From assembly GCF_009914755.1 (NCBI RefSeq), contig NC_060925.1: a stretch of 64,000 bases of DNA; one strand, given 5' to 3'. The position numbers and the translations under genes are program-made. The notes beneath the pieces are model-generated. The model searched no databases. It was not told the origin of the DNA and saw nothing but the letters and a program-made list of their open reading frames with translations. Positions 1 through 14,262 of this stretch are shown here, piece by piece (the first letter of the stretch is position 1; each line of letters begins with the position of its first letter). Source of the DNA: the human T2T-CHM13v2.0 reference genome, Homo sapiens.

Positions 1-212
1 AGAAGTTCAACTCCCATCCCTTCCCTGGGGCAGCTGGGTACCCCACCTACCGACTGGGCTACCCCCAGGCCCCACCCTCTGGCCTGGAGCGGACCCCATA
101 TGAGGCGTATGACCCCATTGGCAAGTACGCCACAGCCACTCGATTCTCCTACACCTCCCAGCACTCGGACTACGGCCAGCGATTCCAGCAGCGCATGCAG
201 ACTCACGTGTAG
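1..212 (+). CDS. KIRREL1: 3' end of the last coding exon of kin of IRRE-like protein 1 (NEPH1); partial, runs off the window start
   Basis: The frame from nt 3 reads [69 protein letters not shown], then TAG at 210-212. This matches the recalled KIRREL1 cytoplasmic C-terminus with its QTHV PDZ-binding motif. It is absent from the ORF track because there is no start codon in the window. Confidence 0.97.
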
Positions 213-3200
213 GGGCCAGAGCCTGGCTGGGGCATCTCTGCGGGGCAGAGGAGAAGGCTTTCACAGCTGTTCCCTGATATTCAGGGGCATTGCTCATTGC
301 TCCCTTCTCGGACCAGCCTTCTTCCTCCCACCATGGCAGGTGGGGAGCAGGTCTCCCAGAAACACCCCGTCCCGAGGATGGTGCTCTGTGCATGCCCCAG
401 CCTCCTGGGCCTGCCCTTCCCTCTTCTTCGGGAGGATGTGTCTCTTCTGACCTGCACTCTTGCCTGACCCTAGAATGGGGACAGGGAAAGTGAAGGTTAG
501 GGAAAGCAGAGGGGGGCACTTTTTAGCATTCCCTTTCTATCCCACCCCTCTGATCTCCCATAAGTGGAAATGGGGGTACCCAGGGATGGGCAGGCTTTGG
601 CCTAGGGACATGAAGTATGGGAGTGGGTGGCTGTGGCACAGACAGGTGGAAAACGGGATAGCCTGGCCAGTCCCTCTGTTGTCTGCATTCGTGCCCTGGG
701 TGCCTCTCTCCTTCCTCAGGGTACTGCAGAAGGGAGCGAACAGGGTACTGTTCGCTCTTGTCTACAGAACAGCCCTGGCACTGCATTCAAATCCAGTCTT
801 CATTCAGCTGGGATCAAAATGCCAGTCACCTTGGCTACCCACTGTGGACAGCTGTCTGTCAGCATGCAGAGGGATCCAGGAATCCCCCCGGCAGCACGGC
901 CCGCTTTCCTTCTCCTCCATGCTGGGCCAGCCAGATAAGTCAGGGTCCTGGTGGAGAAAGAAAGGCTAGGACCATGTCCTCATTGACCCAGATACTGCTG
1001 TGTGCTGCACAGCAGTGAACCAACACTAGAGGGAGCCACACAAGCCTCCTCTCCCCAGTCTGCCCCACTTCCTGGCTTTAACTCTTGAGCTGGTTTGGGG
1101 AGTGGTGAGGTAGGGGTGGGGGTGCTGTAGGCTCTTTTTCAAAGAAAACAAAAAACAATGAAAACCTCATTTGGGAAGAAAAGCTGTAGGGATTCCCCCA
1201 CCCAAATACAAGTCCCAGTGGAAAGGAAAGGTAGTACCTATTCTTCTCCATGGGGTTCCTAACACCCTCCATTACTCTTTCAGTCTCCAAGCACTTTGAA
1301 TCCATTTTTAAACATTCAGGTTGCCAGACCTGTCACACAGTGGGCTCTGATAGGGTTACGGAGGGGGCCTGGCTCTCAGTCTCTACTCTCCTATGTCCCA
1401 TCAGTTGGTTGGAGGCCACCTTCCAGGGGGTATGGGAGACAGGTTTTGGTTTTTAAGTGTCTTTTTTTTTTTTCTTGGACCAATCAGATTCCTTCTTCCA
1501 CTTTCAGTGCCTTGAGTGTCAAGCTTTGGATGACCGACCCTATGTGGGCGGTTGTGTGGGGAGTGGGTACTTGTGAGCCTCGGACACACTGTTAAGTGTT
1601 ACAGTGTTAGGAGAGAGATGGGTGAGGGGACCTGGAGAGGTAAGGGGCCTGGAAATGGCCCTGACAGAGAACTTGTGCTGACCGGGAGAAGGTGGTGCGG
1701 AAGGGCACCGCAGGCATTACACAGGCCATTTCTCCTCCTCCATGTGCACGCACATCCAACACACACCTTCCATGTGACTGCTTCTCAGCCACCACTTTCT
1801 GACCAAAGAGAACAGGCGCTCCAAGGAGAACCTGTACCCCTGCCCCAGCCTCGCCTTCCTAAAAAGCAGTGTCTGGAGTTGGCTGTTTCCCGCCTCCCCA
1901 GCTGCATGTCCAGCCCAGTGGGAGACAGGGCCTCTGGTGCAGTTCCCAAAATGTTCCTCGCCCTTTCTCCGTGGTCACCATTCATAATTCATGTTCGCTT
2001 TAATGAGTTACATGCTTATCAGCCACAGGCCATTACCACCCTTATGGATGGGTCTGGGGGGCGACATTCCTGGCCAACCCCTTGTAGGAAGGACCAGATA
2101 ATACCCAGGAAGCAAGTAGCTCTAATTTTAACTTCGCAGGAAGTCTGTGCATCCTCCTTCATTTCAGCAGGGAAAACTCCTGTGGAGTGGGCCCTATCTG
2201 GGGCATTTACAGGCTTCCAGCTGTATTCCATCCCTGGAAGCTGATACCTTTCTATAGAGTCCTTTTATGAGAGCTCAGTGGGAAGGTCTGTCAAGAAATT
2301 CAGGTTCTTGTACAGACAAATTCATGCAAATTTCTATTATTTTCACAACAACCAGAAACCATGGGGAATCCAAAGACTTGAAGTCTAAAGATGGTGGCTT
2401 TTAAAACATGCATATTCCAAAAAGAATTCATTTTTGTTTTGGGTTTGGCTAGATTCTCTTATTTATCCCCTTTTAGCTTAAGTATTAGTTTCATTCTACT
2501 GAAATGATGGAGAGAGGGCCTAAGGTTACTAGGTAATTGAGCTGATGGTGCAGGGAGAATTGTTGAGAAAGGAAGCCTAGTTTCCAGAAGCCTGACACAG
2601 AGCTACTTCACTGTCCTCTACTCCTTAACAAGGTAACTGGAGCCTCTTGGGTGTCAAACAAGCACCCTGGAAGGCACAGGGAAGCATCAGCAACCAAGGT
2701 AGTCTCTGCCCTCTGTAACTTACGTGTTGGTGCATCAGAATCTGAATTGGAACCTACCTGATGGGCCCAGTGGAATAGCTTTTCTGGGGAGTGGAAGGCG
2801 TCCTTGATCACAGAGCTTTGCTGTCGAATCCTGGAGTCCTGCAACATGGTGATGCCTCAGTAGTTGGTGATCCTGATCACCTTTGGTGGCTTGTTTTAGT
2901 GGAAAGAGCAAGGGACTAAAGGTCAGGAGACCCAGGACCCAGTCCTGAAGCTGCAAAGGTTAGATCTCGGCCTAACTTTCTGTTCATTGCCCCCAATTTG
3001 TCTGGCCTGTAAAATGAAGGGGGAGGGTTGCATAAACCTAAAACTATTCTGGTTTTGTTATACCCATAGGGTTGGGGGTAGGGATGGGACTGCCCATTGC
3101 TGGCAAGGAACTGGGAACAGTAGCAAGCATGGTGAGGGCTGGAGAGCTGGCTGGGGGGGTTCTCTCCTGTTCAAAGAAGCTTTCACCATGGGCTTCATTA

Positions 3201-5356
3201 TCTTGTCAGAAGTGAATTAGTTTCCACCAGGGACCCCTTTATCCCAAACAGCAACACAAAATACACCCTAAACCTCAGAGTAAAATTGATGTGGGGCTAT
3301 CCTTTGGCTATCGGGTCATCTGTGCTGCTCCCCACTCATTTCTGATGGGTTTGCAAAGGTGCCTTTTGCCAGGGCAGGACATAGTATGCACATAGGGATA
3401 TTGTTATGTGCCTAGGTTTCAGGCACTCCTTCTGTAGGGGAAAATGGGAGGAGCCTTCCTCCACCCTGATCCTTAGGAACATTCCTCTGGCCCAGGGACA
3501 GCTTGTTCTTCTCACCAAACAGGTGAAGCCTGCAGTCCAAGGTGCCTGGAGCCAGAGGTCGGGGAGTAAGCACAGCTGCCCCTGCCTGAGAAGGAGCAGC
3601 TTGCAAGGGGAGCCGGTGGAGGGAAAGGGGTACAACAGCTTTGGGATACATTCTGGATCTTGAGGAGGATCTTGTGATTTTGGCTGAGCCACGGTCACTT
3701 CCCTCGTGAAGGACCCGCCCTATATCCTAAATTCTGGATCCCTCAAAGTCCAGCCACAGAGTTTGCATGAAGCAAAAAGCCTAGTAAGTGAGAAAGGAAA
3801 GGGGCCAGGGATGGGAGCAGTGCTGTGCTGTTATCACTGTCTTGCTTGGAATGAAAACATCTGAGCACCCTGTCTTCAAGCGGTACGCTCTCCCCTTATT
3901 CCAGCAGGGCTACTTTCCTCTTCACTCTGATGAGGGGAGCTTTATCTGCTTTCAAAATGGAGCACGTCGCACTGGAGTTTCGTGCCCTCTCGTTAACCTG
4001 TCAGGAGCCACAGGGCTCCATAAAACGGAATCAGTGTCTCAATATACATGACCTATGTTCATAGCAATGTTCAGCCATTTGGGTTTGAAGAAAACCACAT
4101 TAAAGCCAAGACCCGTTTGGAGCGAACTGCCTTGTTCTTTGCTGTGTGGAAGGTTCTGTCCCTACTGCTGAACTCCAGTTCCTCCCCAAGCACCCTGGCC
4201 TCAGAAATCCTGGCTTCCCCAAGTTAGTGCTGTCTGACCTGAGCCAGGCCACTGCTTGGTGCCTCTACAGGCCACTGTGCATGTTGAGAATTGCCCAAAA
4301 GGATTAGTGAAGCTCCTGACCCTGGCGAGGCCATAATGAACACTGAAGTGCACAGGCCAAGGGATGTAATTGAAAGGCATTTATTTTTGTGAAGATGCTA
4401 TAAAATTAGCATTTAAATATCCCATTCCCTTCTCTTGGCCTCCTCCTATCCCCCTATGGTATTTCTCCTCCTCTCCTCAAGGCCAGGCTTTTTGTGAAAG
4501 GCATTGGCTCATCTTTGTCAGCGTGGTCCTGACGTTCACCTCTGGGCTGCTGGAGAGGACTGAGAGATGTGTGGTTTGGTAGGAAGGGGGTGTGTGTGGG
4601 GGTTAGTGGGGAATCCCATTTTTTTGCATCACTGTGAGGTAGCTTCAGGCCCTGTCCCTGGAGAAATAATTGCTGCGCAGAAGTCACAGGCCATACTGGG
4701 CAGTTCTGGTACAAACCTGCCCTTATTAATAATAACAATAATAATAATAACTCCATTTGCATAGAACTGTCACTCATTCCTGCCAGTCTGCTGTCCCTAC
4801 CCTGGTTTTTTGCTGGCCCCAACCACTGGCCTTGTTGAGTATCGATGGGCCCTGAGCTCTTCTGTTTGCTTTTGGAGCTCTTCAGATGCTGTCCCCCCTG
4901 AGAATACCCTAACTCTGGGGAAAGAGCAGCCAAAATCCCAATACAGTAAAACTCCACACAATCTTGTTAGCAACAGTGACCCAGAAAATTTTGAGAAGTC
5001 CAATTTCACCAGAAGAGGCCCAGGGCTCCCTGTGGTCACATTTTCTACCCAGCCATTCTTGGCATTGCAACCTCCATTTCTAGCTCCTGTTGAATTTTCT
5101 CCACCCAGACCCCAAAAATAAATGGATCCATGATGATAATTAAGAGAAGAGAAAAAAAGATATTATTTTTGTTAGGACAAACCATTGTAGGATTTTAGCA
5201 ATGTGTATCTGTGTGTCCCTCACACCTTTTCCTATTCTACTTTTTTTTCCTTTTTTTAAAAATATTATGTACTATATTTTTAGTCTCAAACACACTATAT
5301 ATTATATATATTTAATTTTTTTATATATATAAATATAAATGTTTTAAAAAGTACCA
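213..5356 (+). other. KIRREL1: KIRREL1 long 3'UTR
   Basis: About 5.1 kb free of recognisable interspersed repeats after the stop codon, ending in an AU-rich block with poly(A) signal candidates and a GU-rich downstream tract. The end position is approximate. Confidence 0.75.
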
Positions 5357-5371
5357 TGTTTTGTGTTATTT
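5117..5371 (+). terminator. Polyadenylation region of KIRREL1
   Basis: AATAAA at 5117-5122. Variant TATAAA at 5334-5339, followed ~17 nt later by CA (5355-5356) and the GU-rich tract tgttttgtgttattt. Confidence 0.6.
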
Positions 5372-5937
5372 AATGCATTAACGGCTAGTTACTTAAAAGC
5401 CTGCCTGGCTTTGGGTGTTAGTCCTGGTTTGGGGAAAAAACAGGTTTGGATTGAAATTGCAGAAGCAATGTTTGTGCCACCTCCAGGCCGTGGGGCAAAA
5501 ACGTATTCTCTAGTTTGCCACTTGTGCAGAACCCTGAGGCCAATTATGGCAGTTCAGGGACAAACAGCTGGAGGCTTCTGCTATTGGAAAACAGCATCCA
5601 AATGTTCTGTGCCAAATCGCATTATGGGAATGGGAAAAGGGGAGACTTTTGAATCTGAGATCTAGATCCCAAAGGAATTGGGACAAGTGTGTAAGAATGG
5701 CTGGTTTTGTTTATTTAAAACGCTGTGGTTTGGGTAAAAAGCAAAGTTACAAGGTCTCCAACCTTTTGAACTTGTAGTGAAGCAGAATGAAAAAACAGAT
5801 GGTGCAGCAGTGCACACACACACAGGCCATCCTGCTGAGAAATCCTAAATTCTCTGAGTTGAGTTCCCAAGGGTTTCAGTTTGCTCATTTCTCAGGAGTG
5901 TTTGCAGATACCTGAAATAGTTTTCAGATAATGTTTT

Positions 5938-6082
5938 GTTTTATTTTGTTTTGGACTTTTATTTTGTTTTGTTGTAGAGGCTATGTTGCCCAGGCTGGTC
6001 TTGAACTCCTGAGTTCAAGTAATCCACCCACCTCGGCCTCTGGAGTCGCTGGGATTACAGGTGTGATCCACTGTGCTTGGCC
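5938..6082 (-). mobile_element. Alu left monomer (FLAM-type)
   Basis: Single Alu arm with a T-rich tail. TSD cagataatgtttt at 5925-5937 and 6083-6095. Confidence 0.85.
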
Positions 6083-7520
6083 CAGATAATGTTTTTTAAA
6101 GCTATAAATCATTAGAGAAATAGGGTTTATTGTTTTCTTCATCCAGTTAACAACGAAGCAAACTCAAGACAGTTTACCGTAGCCTTTTTTGTACACAAGG
6201 GACACCCAACATAGTCAGAGAGGAAGACAGGATGTAAGAGCTGAAAAAATACTTTCGAAATAATGCAACCCATTTCCAAGAGGGCTAGAAGTCACGGCAC
6301 AGGAGCTGCAGCTGAGGAAGGGTGCAAGGTGCCATGGGGCCTGGGGTTTGGAGGCATGTAGCCAGGACCAAGAACCTATAGGTAGCCCAAGGTGAATCCA
6401 ATCCAGATGGGAATGAGAGGCCGACGTACAGATATATTTGGAGGCTGCATTGAGGTAAGTTGCACTGGCATAGGTAAAAATGGCATTGATAGAATACAAA
6501 AGCAAACAGAAAAGAGTAGGGAAAAAAGACCAGGAGAGGAAGCAAAGTTGTGCAAATGTGGAGGCACAGGTGAATACTATTAGGCCAAGTGGTGCTGGGG
6601 CGCTTCCTATGTTATGTGTCCACCTGGGATACATTTATTCATCTCCACATCCCCAGACCCCAGCACAGGGCCAGCAGGTTCTTTGGGACGAGTCTGTATA
6701 GGGCACTACATAAGGCCCCAAGGGCCTAAACCAACTCTCAGCCACAAGAAAGGCCACAGGACTTTGTCCCTGTGTATTAGGCCTCTTTCTGTGATGGGAG
6801 CCCCAGCCCCTCTAAGTCACCTCCAGCCTGAGGATAAGTAATAATGACACAGCCCCTTTATCATCTGGCTTTGCAAAGTTGTAAAAGCCACCCCCTCATT
6901 GTGAGGCATTTGTGTCACAACAGGAGCTATTGGCCCAGGCATAAACACACTCCTGTGTGAGTTCAAATTTCTCCATGAGATGACCCCACATCTTTCACTT
7001 ACTTCACAACCCTCCCTTTCACTTACCCTACATTTCAACACAGTTAAATGGAATTATGCCTTGTTTGTGGTATGCCCCTGAACTTTCCTCCCTCTGTGCT
7101 TTTGTCCAAGCTCTTTTCTCTGCCTGGAGTCCCTTTACTTTCCCATTTCTAAGTTTTACTTATCTTCAAGGCCCAGCCCAAAGGCCATCTCCTACAGGAA
7201 GCCTTGCCTGACTCATTACTCACCTTCTATTCCTCTCTGGAAGTCTCGTGGGTTAGCTATTATGTCACTGATCTCATCTCATTTATAGCCCTTCTGCTTT
7301 GATAACAGGATGTTGTGTATGACACATTAGCACTTTCCTCCTAAAAGAAGGTCACTGAGAGGCAGAGAGCATGTATCATTTATTTTAGTATCCATCACCC
7401 AACAGAGTGCATGTAGTTTCTCAGCATGTGCTGGAGGAATGCAGGTATGGAGGGAAGGAAAGAGGGAGGAGAAGCAAACCATAAACACAATACATAAAAG
7501 GAATTTATCCTAGGGGAGTT

Positions 7521-7982
7521 TTTCATGTGCATCTGTGTGAAGAGACCACTAAACAGGCTTTGTGTGAGCAACATGGCTGTTTATTTCACCTGGGTGCAGG
7601 CAGGCTGAGTCCTAAAAGAGAGTCAGCAAAGGGTGGTGGATTATCATTAGTTCTTACAGGTTTTGGGATAGGCAGTGAAGTTAAGAGCAATGTTTTGCGG
7701 ACAGGGGTGGATCTCACAAAGTACATTCTCAAGGGTGGGGAGAATTACAAAGAACCTTCTTAAGGGTGGGGGAGATTACAAAGTACCTTCTTAAGGGTGG
7801 GGGAGATTACAAAGTACATTGATCAGTTAGGGTGGGGCAGAAACAAATCACAATGGTGGAATGTCAGCAGTTAAGGCTATTTTTACTTCTTTTGTTGATC
7901 TTCAGTTACTTCAGGCCATCTGGATGTATACGTGCAAGTTACAGGGGATGCGATGGCTTGGCTTGGGCTCAGAGGCCTGACA
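7521..7982 (-). mobile_element. Solo HERV-H LTR (LTR7B / type II-like)
   Basis: The reverse complement begins TGTCAGGCCTCTGAGCCCAAGCCAAGCCATCGCATCC and ends CATGAAA. Internal ~31-bp U3 tandem repeats at ~7705-7820. Perfect 5-bp TSD GAGTT at 7516-7520 and 7983-7987. Confidence 0.93.
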
Positions 7983-8089
7983 GAGTTCATGCTTGATAAA
8001 GTAGTATAGCATGGTGATTAAAAGCATGGACCTTCAAGTCGGTCTACCAAGCCGATAGACATGACCAGTACTTATTCATATTGAATTCT

Positions 8090-8399
8090 CTGAGTTCCCT
8101 GGCTGTTAGACAAGGCCAAGCTGACTATAAACAGAAGTGGCATGTCACTTCCAGACCAAAGCATTTAATTGCTCGTGTGAGATCCTCCAGCATTGTCTTC
8201 CTCTGCCCTAGCGACAGGAGCCCATTTATTCCAAATGGTATGGCTTTGTCATAGTGGAATCTGTCTGGCTGGGTCCCGAGCCCTTTAGCCAACCCATGGT
8301 GAATATGTAGTTTGAGGGAGAAATGAATCTTTGTTAAGATATTGAAATTTTGTGGTTGTTTGTTACTGCAACACAGTATATCCTATCCTGATTAGTACA
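8090..8399 (+). mobile_element. MaLR LTR fragment (MLT1I/J-like)
   Basis: Typical MLT1 3' end: ...gtggttgtttgttactgcaac...cctgattagtaca. Confidence 0.6.
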
Positions 8400-9779
8400 G
8401 GTAGTGCTAAAACCCTGCCTTCTCCATTTGCTCCTTGGGTGAGTTACTTTACCTCTCTGCATGTCTCTTTTCTCCTCTGTGAAGTGGACTAGTAATAGTT
8501 ACTATCCCATGGAAAATGCTTAGCAGAGTTCTTAGCAAGTGAATACCCAGTAAAGGTGAGCTTTTGTTAGCCTAGAGAAAGGGGAGCAGTGGCCATCTGT
8601 CCCTTTCCCTCCTTTGCCTCTTCCTTAGAGACATCAGGAAAGATGTCTCCGTTTGCCCAAGGGGTATGGAAAGAACAAGGATTTTGGAATGGGAAGATCT
8701 AGCTTAAAATCCCAGCAAAGCCTCCTGTAACTGCAATGCATGGCAGGTCAGCACACCTTTTTGAGCTACCATTTCTTTATATTTAAAATGGTGTAAAAAC
8801 TCAATGAGATGAGATAGACAAAAGCCTTTTGTAAATTGCTAAATGCTATTCAAATGTGAGTTGATTACTTTGGTCTATTAACTCTCTGAAGCATATTACC
8901 GCCCTCCCACCCCACCCGCCTCACTCTGTAGCATCCCACGCCACACACCTCCCTGCCACAAACACAACATGAACGCTGCTCTAGCAGTGACCTGATATTA
9001 GGAGAATGTGCCCATCCAGCTGGGCATGATAGAGCCCATGTTGCCAGTCCCCAGGGTTCTAAAACCAAAAGACCAGCTCTTTGTAAAGCAGGAACCTGGG
9101 GGAGGAGAAAGATCACTTCATTGGCACTCACTTTCCCATTTCCTTTACTCATTGTAATTAGCTACACAGAGGCAACCTCCCGGGGAGAGCAGAGCCATCA
9201 GCTCCCCAAATTGAACCAGGGAGCTTTGTCTTTTTGTTCCTTTCCATATAATACTGCTCTCCTGGTGGTCGCTATGCAAACACATCCTGCATTCATTTGC
9301 AAACTGGGGAATATTTCATATTTTGAGGATCAGATTAATGTTCTACCTCCCCAAAAGAGACACTGGTTGGGACTTCTATTCTAACAGTATCCTGTCAGCA
9401 CTCCTAGCAAAGGGTCTGGCTCCCAGAATCATGTGATCGCCTGAGGGATGACCAAAACCTTGCTTTTCTCAGAGCCTCTATGATTCCCTCACTAAAATAG
9501 ATCATTAACAGTGGATAATCGAATCTCAAAAATTGAAGGCACCTCTGGGGTCACCTGGCCCTGTTATGGACCTGAAGCAGAAGCCCCAATTCAGCTTCAG
9601 AGACAAATGGGCTCTGCATCAGGACCAACAGGGGACCAGAAAGCAGGGTGACTCTTTATGGGGGCTGGACTTTGGGATCTGAATGTTCGATTCCCCTGAG
9701 CTTCTGCAGGCACCAACTCTGTGCCTTTGGGGAAACCATTTGCCTTCTCTGGGCCTCGGTTTTCTCAACCATAAAAATC

Positions 9780-10720
9780 TTTCATTCATGCAAAAAATAT
9801 TTATTGAATATTTTCCATGTGTCTGAAACTACATCAAAACCTGGGGATACAGCAGGAAACAAAACAACATCCCTGCTTTCATGGAACTGCGCACCTAAAA
9901 GGAAGAAGCTGAGGCAAAATTAATACACATGGAAAGTTTATTTGAGCCAAGCTTGAGGATTGCAACCCGGGAGCATAGATGCAAGTTGCCCTGAATATAC
10001 ACTCCAATTAGCAGCAGTTACAAGTGGATTTTTAATGGCAAAAAAAGCTGACAGGGAGTGGACTGCTACAAAGTTTTTTGTCAGGAATTCTTAATGGTTT
10101 ACAGAAATAACATTGGTTAGTGATTGGCTGTAAATTGTTAAACTATACGACGTGGGTTATAGTGTTGTGTATGGCATTATTAGGTTAATTTATAGCTACT
10201 TGTGGCAAAAGTAAGCAGTCTCAAGAGATGAATACATAGCTCAAAGGGAAGAGTGAGGCATGATTGTGATCTCTTTTAATGTCTCTCTAGGTCTGGTAAT
10301 TAAAAGGACTTGCATTCCTCAAATGAAAGTTCTTTTCTTTTCTCAGAACTTACACTGTAATGATGGGAGATAGACAATGAACAAACAAATGAATGTCAGA
10401 GAGAAGTCAGGAGAGACACAGGGCTGGGTAGAGTGGGACACTGGGAAGAGAGATGTGCTATTTTATGTTGGATGGTCAAAGAGAGTGTCCAGGATAAAAG
10501 GACAGGTAGGCTGGGTTTATATCTAGGGAAAGAATATACTAGTCTGAGGGAAGAGCACCTGCAGAGACCTTAGGCAGAAATGAGTTAGAGAGTCAATGGC
10601 CAGCAAGGAATGTGGCTAGGGGAGCAGTACGAGCAGAGGGTGGCGAGAAATCCGGAGAGGGTGAGATGGAACAGATCCTGTGAGAACTGCAGGCCATTGA
10701 AAGGGCTTTGGAAATTACTG
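9780..10720 (-). mobile_element. L2 3' fragment interrupted by an LTR
   Basis: L2 tail ttcattcat...tttattgaat. The L2 motif catggaac|ttacac is split by the 9888-10345 insertion. Confidence 0.65.
9888..10345 (-). mobile_element. Solo ERV1 (MER4-group) LTR, MER65-like
   Basis: TG...CA termini. The minus strand starts TGAGAAAAGAAAAGAACTTT. 4-bp TSD GAAC at 9884-9887 and 10346-10349. Confidence 0.7.
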
Positions 10721-10747
10721 TGAGATGAGAGGTGGTAGTAAATCACG

Positions 10748-10815
10748 CCATATGAACTGTTTTTATGGGTCAAAAATGGGTGAACAGCAGCAATTTTATA
10801 TGGTTCAACCTAATA
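10748..10815. mobile_element. MADE2 mariner-derived MITE (one TIR truncated)
   Basis: Ends with atatggttcaacctaata (the MADE2 TIR) and starts with the partial inverted copy ccatatgaa. Confidence 0.7.
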
Positions 10816-11993
10816 CATGTAAACGTACAGTACTGTTGATTTATTATTACCCCCTTTAAAAAACAAGCCTTTCTATTATGTTGGCAGGATTAATTGAAAG
10901 GCATTTCTTCCTCCTATTGAGGCTGAGCGGGCCTCTTTATTATTTTTACCCAGTGGCTGTAGCTCTGCCTTCAGGACAGTGCTGTCTGGGTAGTCTGCCA
11001 CCCCCCTCTCCCTCTCCATGCAGTTCTTTTGATATTGAAATGTAGTTGTCCTGATGTCATGTCTCTTCTAAGAAGTTTCTTTTCTCAGTTAAATATTTCC
11101 GATTCTTCAAACCCTTTCTCTTAGGATATGGTTTTTGGATTCTTCCCGTTGTGCTCACCCTTTCTTCGGGGTGAGCTCTGAACACACATTAAGAAATTCA
11201 GCGTCTCCCACTTCAACCTACCAGTCTGAGGGAGAGTTCCCCATCTCAGCCCATTAAGATCCTCTATGTTCCTTCACCTCCTAATCTTCCGTAAATATAG
11301 ACACTGAATTCTGGCTTTTCCCCAGGAGGGAGTTGTGGCCCCTCTACCTCCCAAAGGTCCTGATACATCCCTCCACTGAAGTAGGAGATGGTGCCAGATT
11401 CTCAGGCAGAAATCCCAGGGAGATGAAATAAGAGGGGTTCCCAGGCCCAGCAGCTCAGCTATGGCCATGCCAGGCACTACAACCTAGATTCTCCTGGGGT
11501 ATCCCAAGACTTAATGTGCTCTATGTATTGGGTCTACTTGTAATTTTTTAACAACACGGTCAGCATCACAATGACCCAGATCCTTTCTGCTCTCAGAATC
11601 CAGATCTGTTTTCTCTTTGGTTTTTAAATCAAAACATGAGTTCTAGTCTAAACTCCACTTATTAGCCATTTGACTTTGGACAAGTTACTGGAAATTTCTG
11701 GGTCTTAGCTTTCTTATCCATAAAATGAGAATAATGATACTACCACACTAGCAGAAGGAGGCGCTAGCAGAGACGGGTATTGAGCATGTAACCCAAATCC
11801 TACCACTGCACAAGGCCTCCATTGCTTTCCCCAAGTCCAAGGGTCCATCAGCTCTCCCTCGACTCCTACAGTGGCTAAGTGGTCTCTGCTTCCAGTCTTT
11901 GTGCCCCAGGGGTCTCTTCTCCACAGCAGGGCATTGGTAGCAATCCCCTACCTATTGTTAGTTTCATTATCGATACTAAAATTCATTAGGTTT

Positions 11994-12602
<609 letters not shown>

Positions 12603-13879
12603 AGGCTTTAACAACAATAAAATACAACCTTTTTGTATGACAACAACAGAGTAATCCTTTTAAAATGTAAATCACATCACATCACTCCTCTGCTTCAGAC
12701 CTTATGGTTTCCTATCCCACTTAGAATAAAATCCATACTTCTTTCATTTCCTGTAAGCCCTACCTTAGCTGGCCCCTGCCCACCTTCTCTCCATTCTTAC
12801 TTTGTCACCTGCCATTCCAGCTTCACTGACCTTGCTGTCTGTGACATTCTATCATGGGATAAAATGCCAAACCCTCTTATGGAGATGCTCAGGTTGGGGG
12901 CTTGCAATAGGGAAAGAGTTAATATTTAATAAGTGAGCCAGGCATTTTCATATATGTGATTACATGCAATTTTCAGTATAATGGGCCTCTGAAGTTAGAC
13001 CTTACAGGGAATTCCCCTATCCTCCATCCCCAGTACCCAGTGAGCCAGCTAGAAGAAAAGCTCAGCAAATAAACCTGAGAGGCTTCCAGCCTCAGGGCCC
13101 CTGAAGCTCCAACTTTCTCCTCCTCATAACCTAAAGGGCTATTAACAGTCTCTTCACTTATTAACACAATTTTTTTTGTAGACTGTCCCTTAGGTCTTGG
13201 CTACATGCCAAAAAAAAAAGCTTGAAATCCCAGATCCTCCTTTTAAAAGGACAGCCCCTCATCAGGGTACGAAAAGAAAAACAGACCTCATTGTTCAAGA
13301 ATCAGTCTCTTTCTGATGGGAGGACACAGACCCTCACCTTTGGGCACGGGTTCCTCTTGCATTTAAAATCTTCAGAGGGGTAAAAGATCTTAAAGGCAAG
13401 TGTAGACCCACTGGGATTTTGGTAGACTGAAGAGAAAAAACAAACTAGTATTCAAGTTTAGGCCAATGGGCTGGTTACGCATGTCTAATTCAGGTGTGTG
13501 GGGTCCATCAATAACACTGAAGCACTCTCAGGGCAGGGAAACACCTGCATGTCTTTTTATCTGTAACAAATTGGGGGTCTGAAATTTAAAGGACTAGAAT
13601 TACATTTTTAAAAGGGAATTGGATCAGTGATTTCTAATTTCTCTCTAAACACTAACATGTAGGATTCCATGATTCTGGTCTCTTTCAGGGATGTCAAAGT
13701 GGTGGCAACTAAGCCACTTGAATTTTCAGAAAAGTACAATTCCAAATGTCCTGCACCAATTTTCCATTCAGAACTCAGTTTCTGTATCTACAGTGTTGAT
13801 GGCAAATCAGTGGCAAGAGCAAGGATCTAGATCTTTTGGCACTAAGGCTTTCCCTCCACAGCTTGATTTCTTCATAACA

Positions 13880-14262
13880 CGGATTAGTCTGTTCTCATAC
13901 TGCTATAAAGAAATACCTGTGCCTGGGTAATTTATAAAGAAAAGAGATTTAATTGGCTCATGGTTCTACAGGCTAGCTTCTGCTCTGCTTCTGGGGAGGC
14001 CTCAGGAAACTTACAATCATAGCAGAAGGTGAAGGGGAAGCAGGTATGTCTTACATGGCTGGAGCAGGAGGAAGCAAGAGAGGGGAAAGTGCCACACACT
14101 TTTAAACAACCAGATCTCGTGAGAACTCACTGTCATAAGAACAGCCCCCAGGGGGAAATCCACCCACATGATCCAATCACCTCCCACCAGGTCACACCTC
14201 CAACACTGGGGATTACAATTCAACCTCAGATTTGGGCGGCGACACAGATCCAAACTTTATCA
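13880..14262 (-). mobile_element. MaLR LTR (MSTA-like)
   Basis: attagtctgttctcatactgctataaagaaatacctg ... gacacagatccaaactttatca. Confidence 0.85.

Noticed and set aside
7-969. ORFs 7-519 (-), 100-450 (+) and 460-969 (+)
   Set aside because: Off-frame or antisense to the real KIRREL1 frame, or within its 3'UTR, with no recognisable domains.
1141-1164. A-rich tract as a possible proximal poly(A) site
   Set aside because: No upstream AATAAA/ATTAAA; more likely an internal oligo-dT priming site.
1552-2244. 230-aa ORF in the 3'UTR
   Set aside because: Non-ATG start, no homology-like motifs, and a chance ORF in GC-rich UTR.
7705-7820. ~31-bp direct repeats resembling a CRISPR-like array
   Set aside because: No unique spacers; these are the known U3 repeats of the HERV-H LTR.
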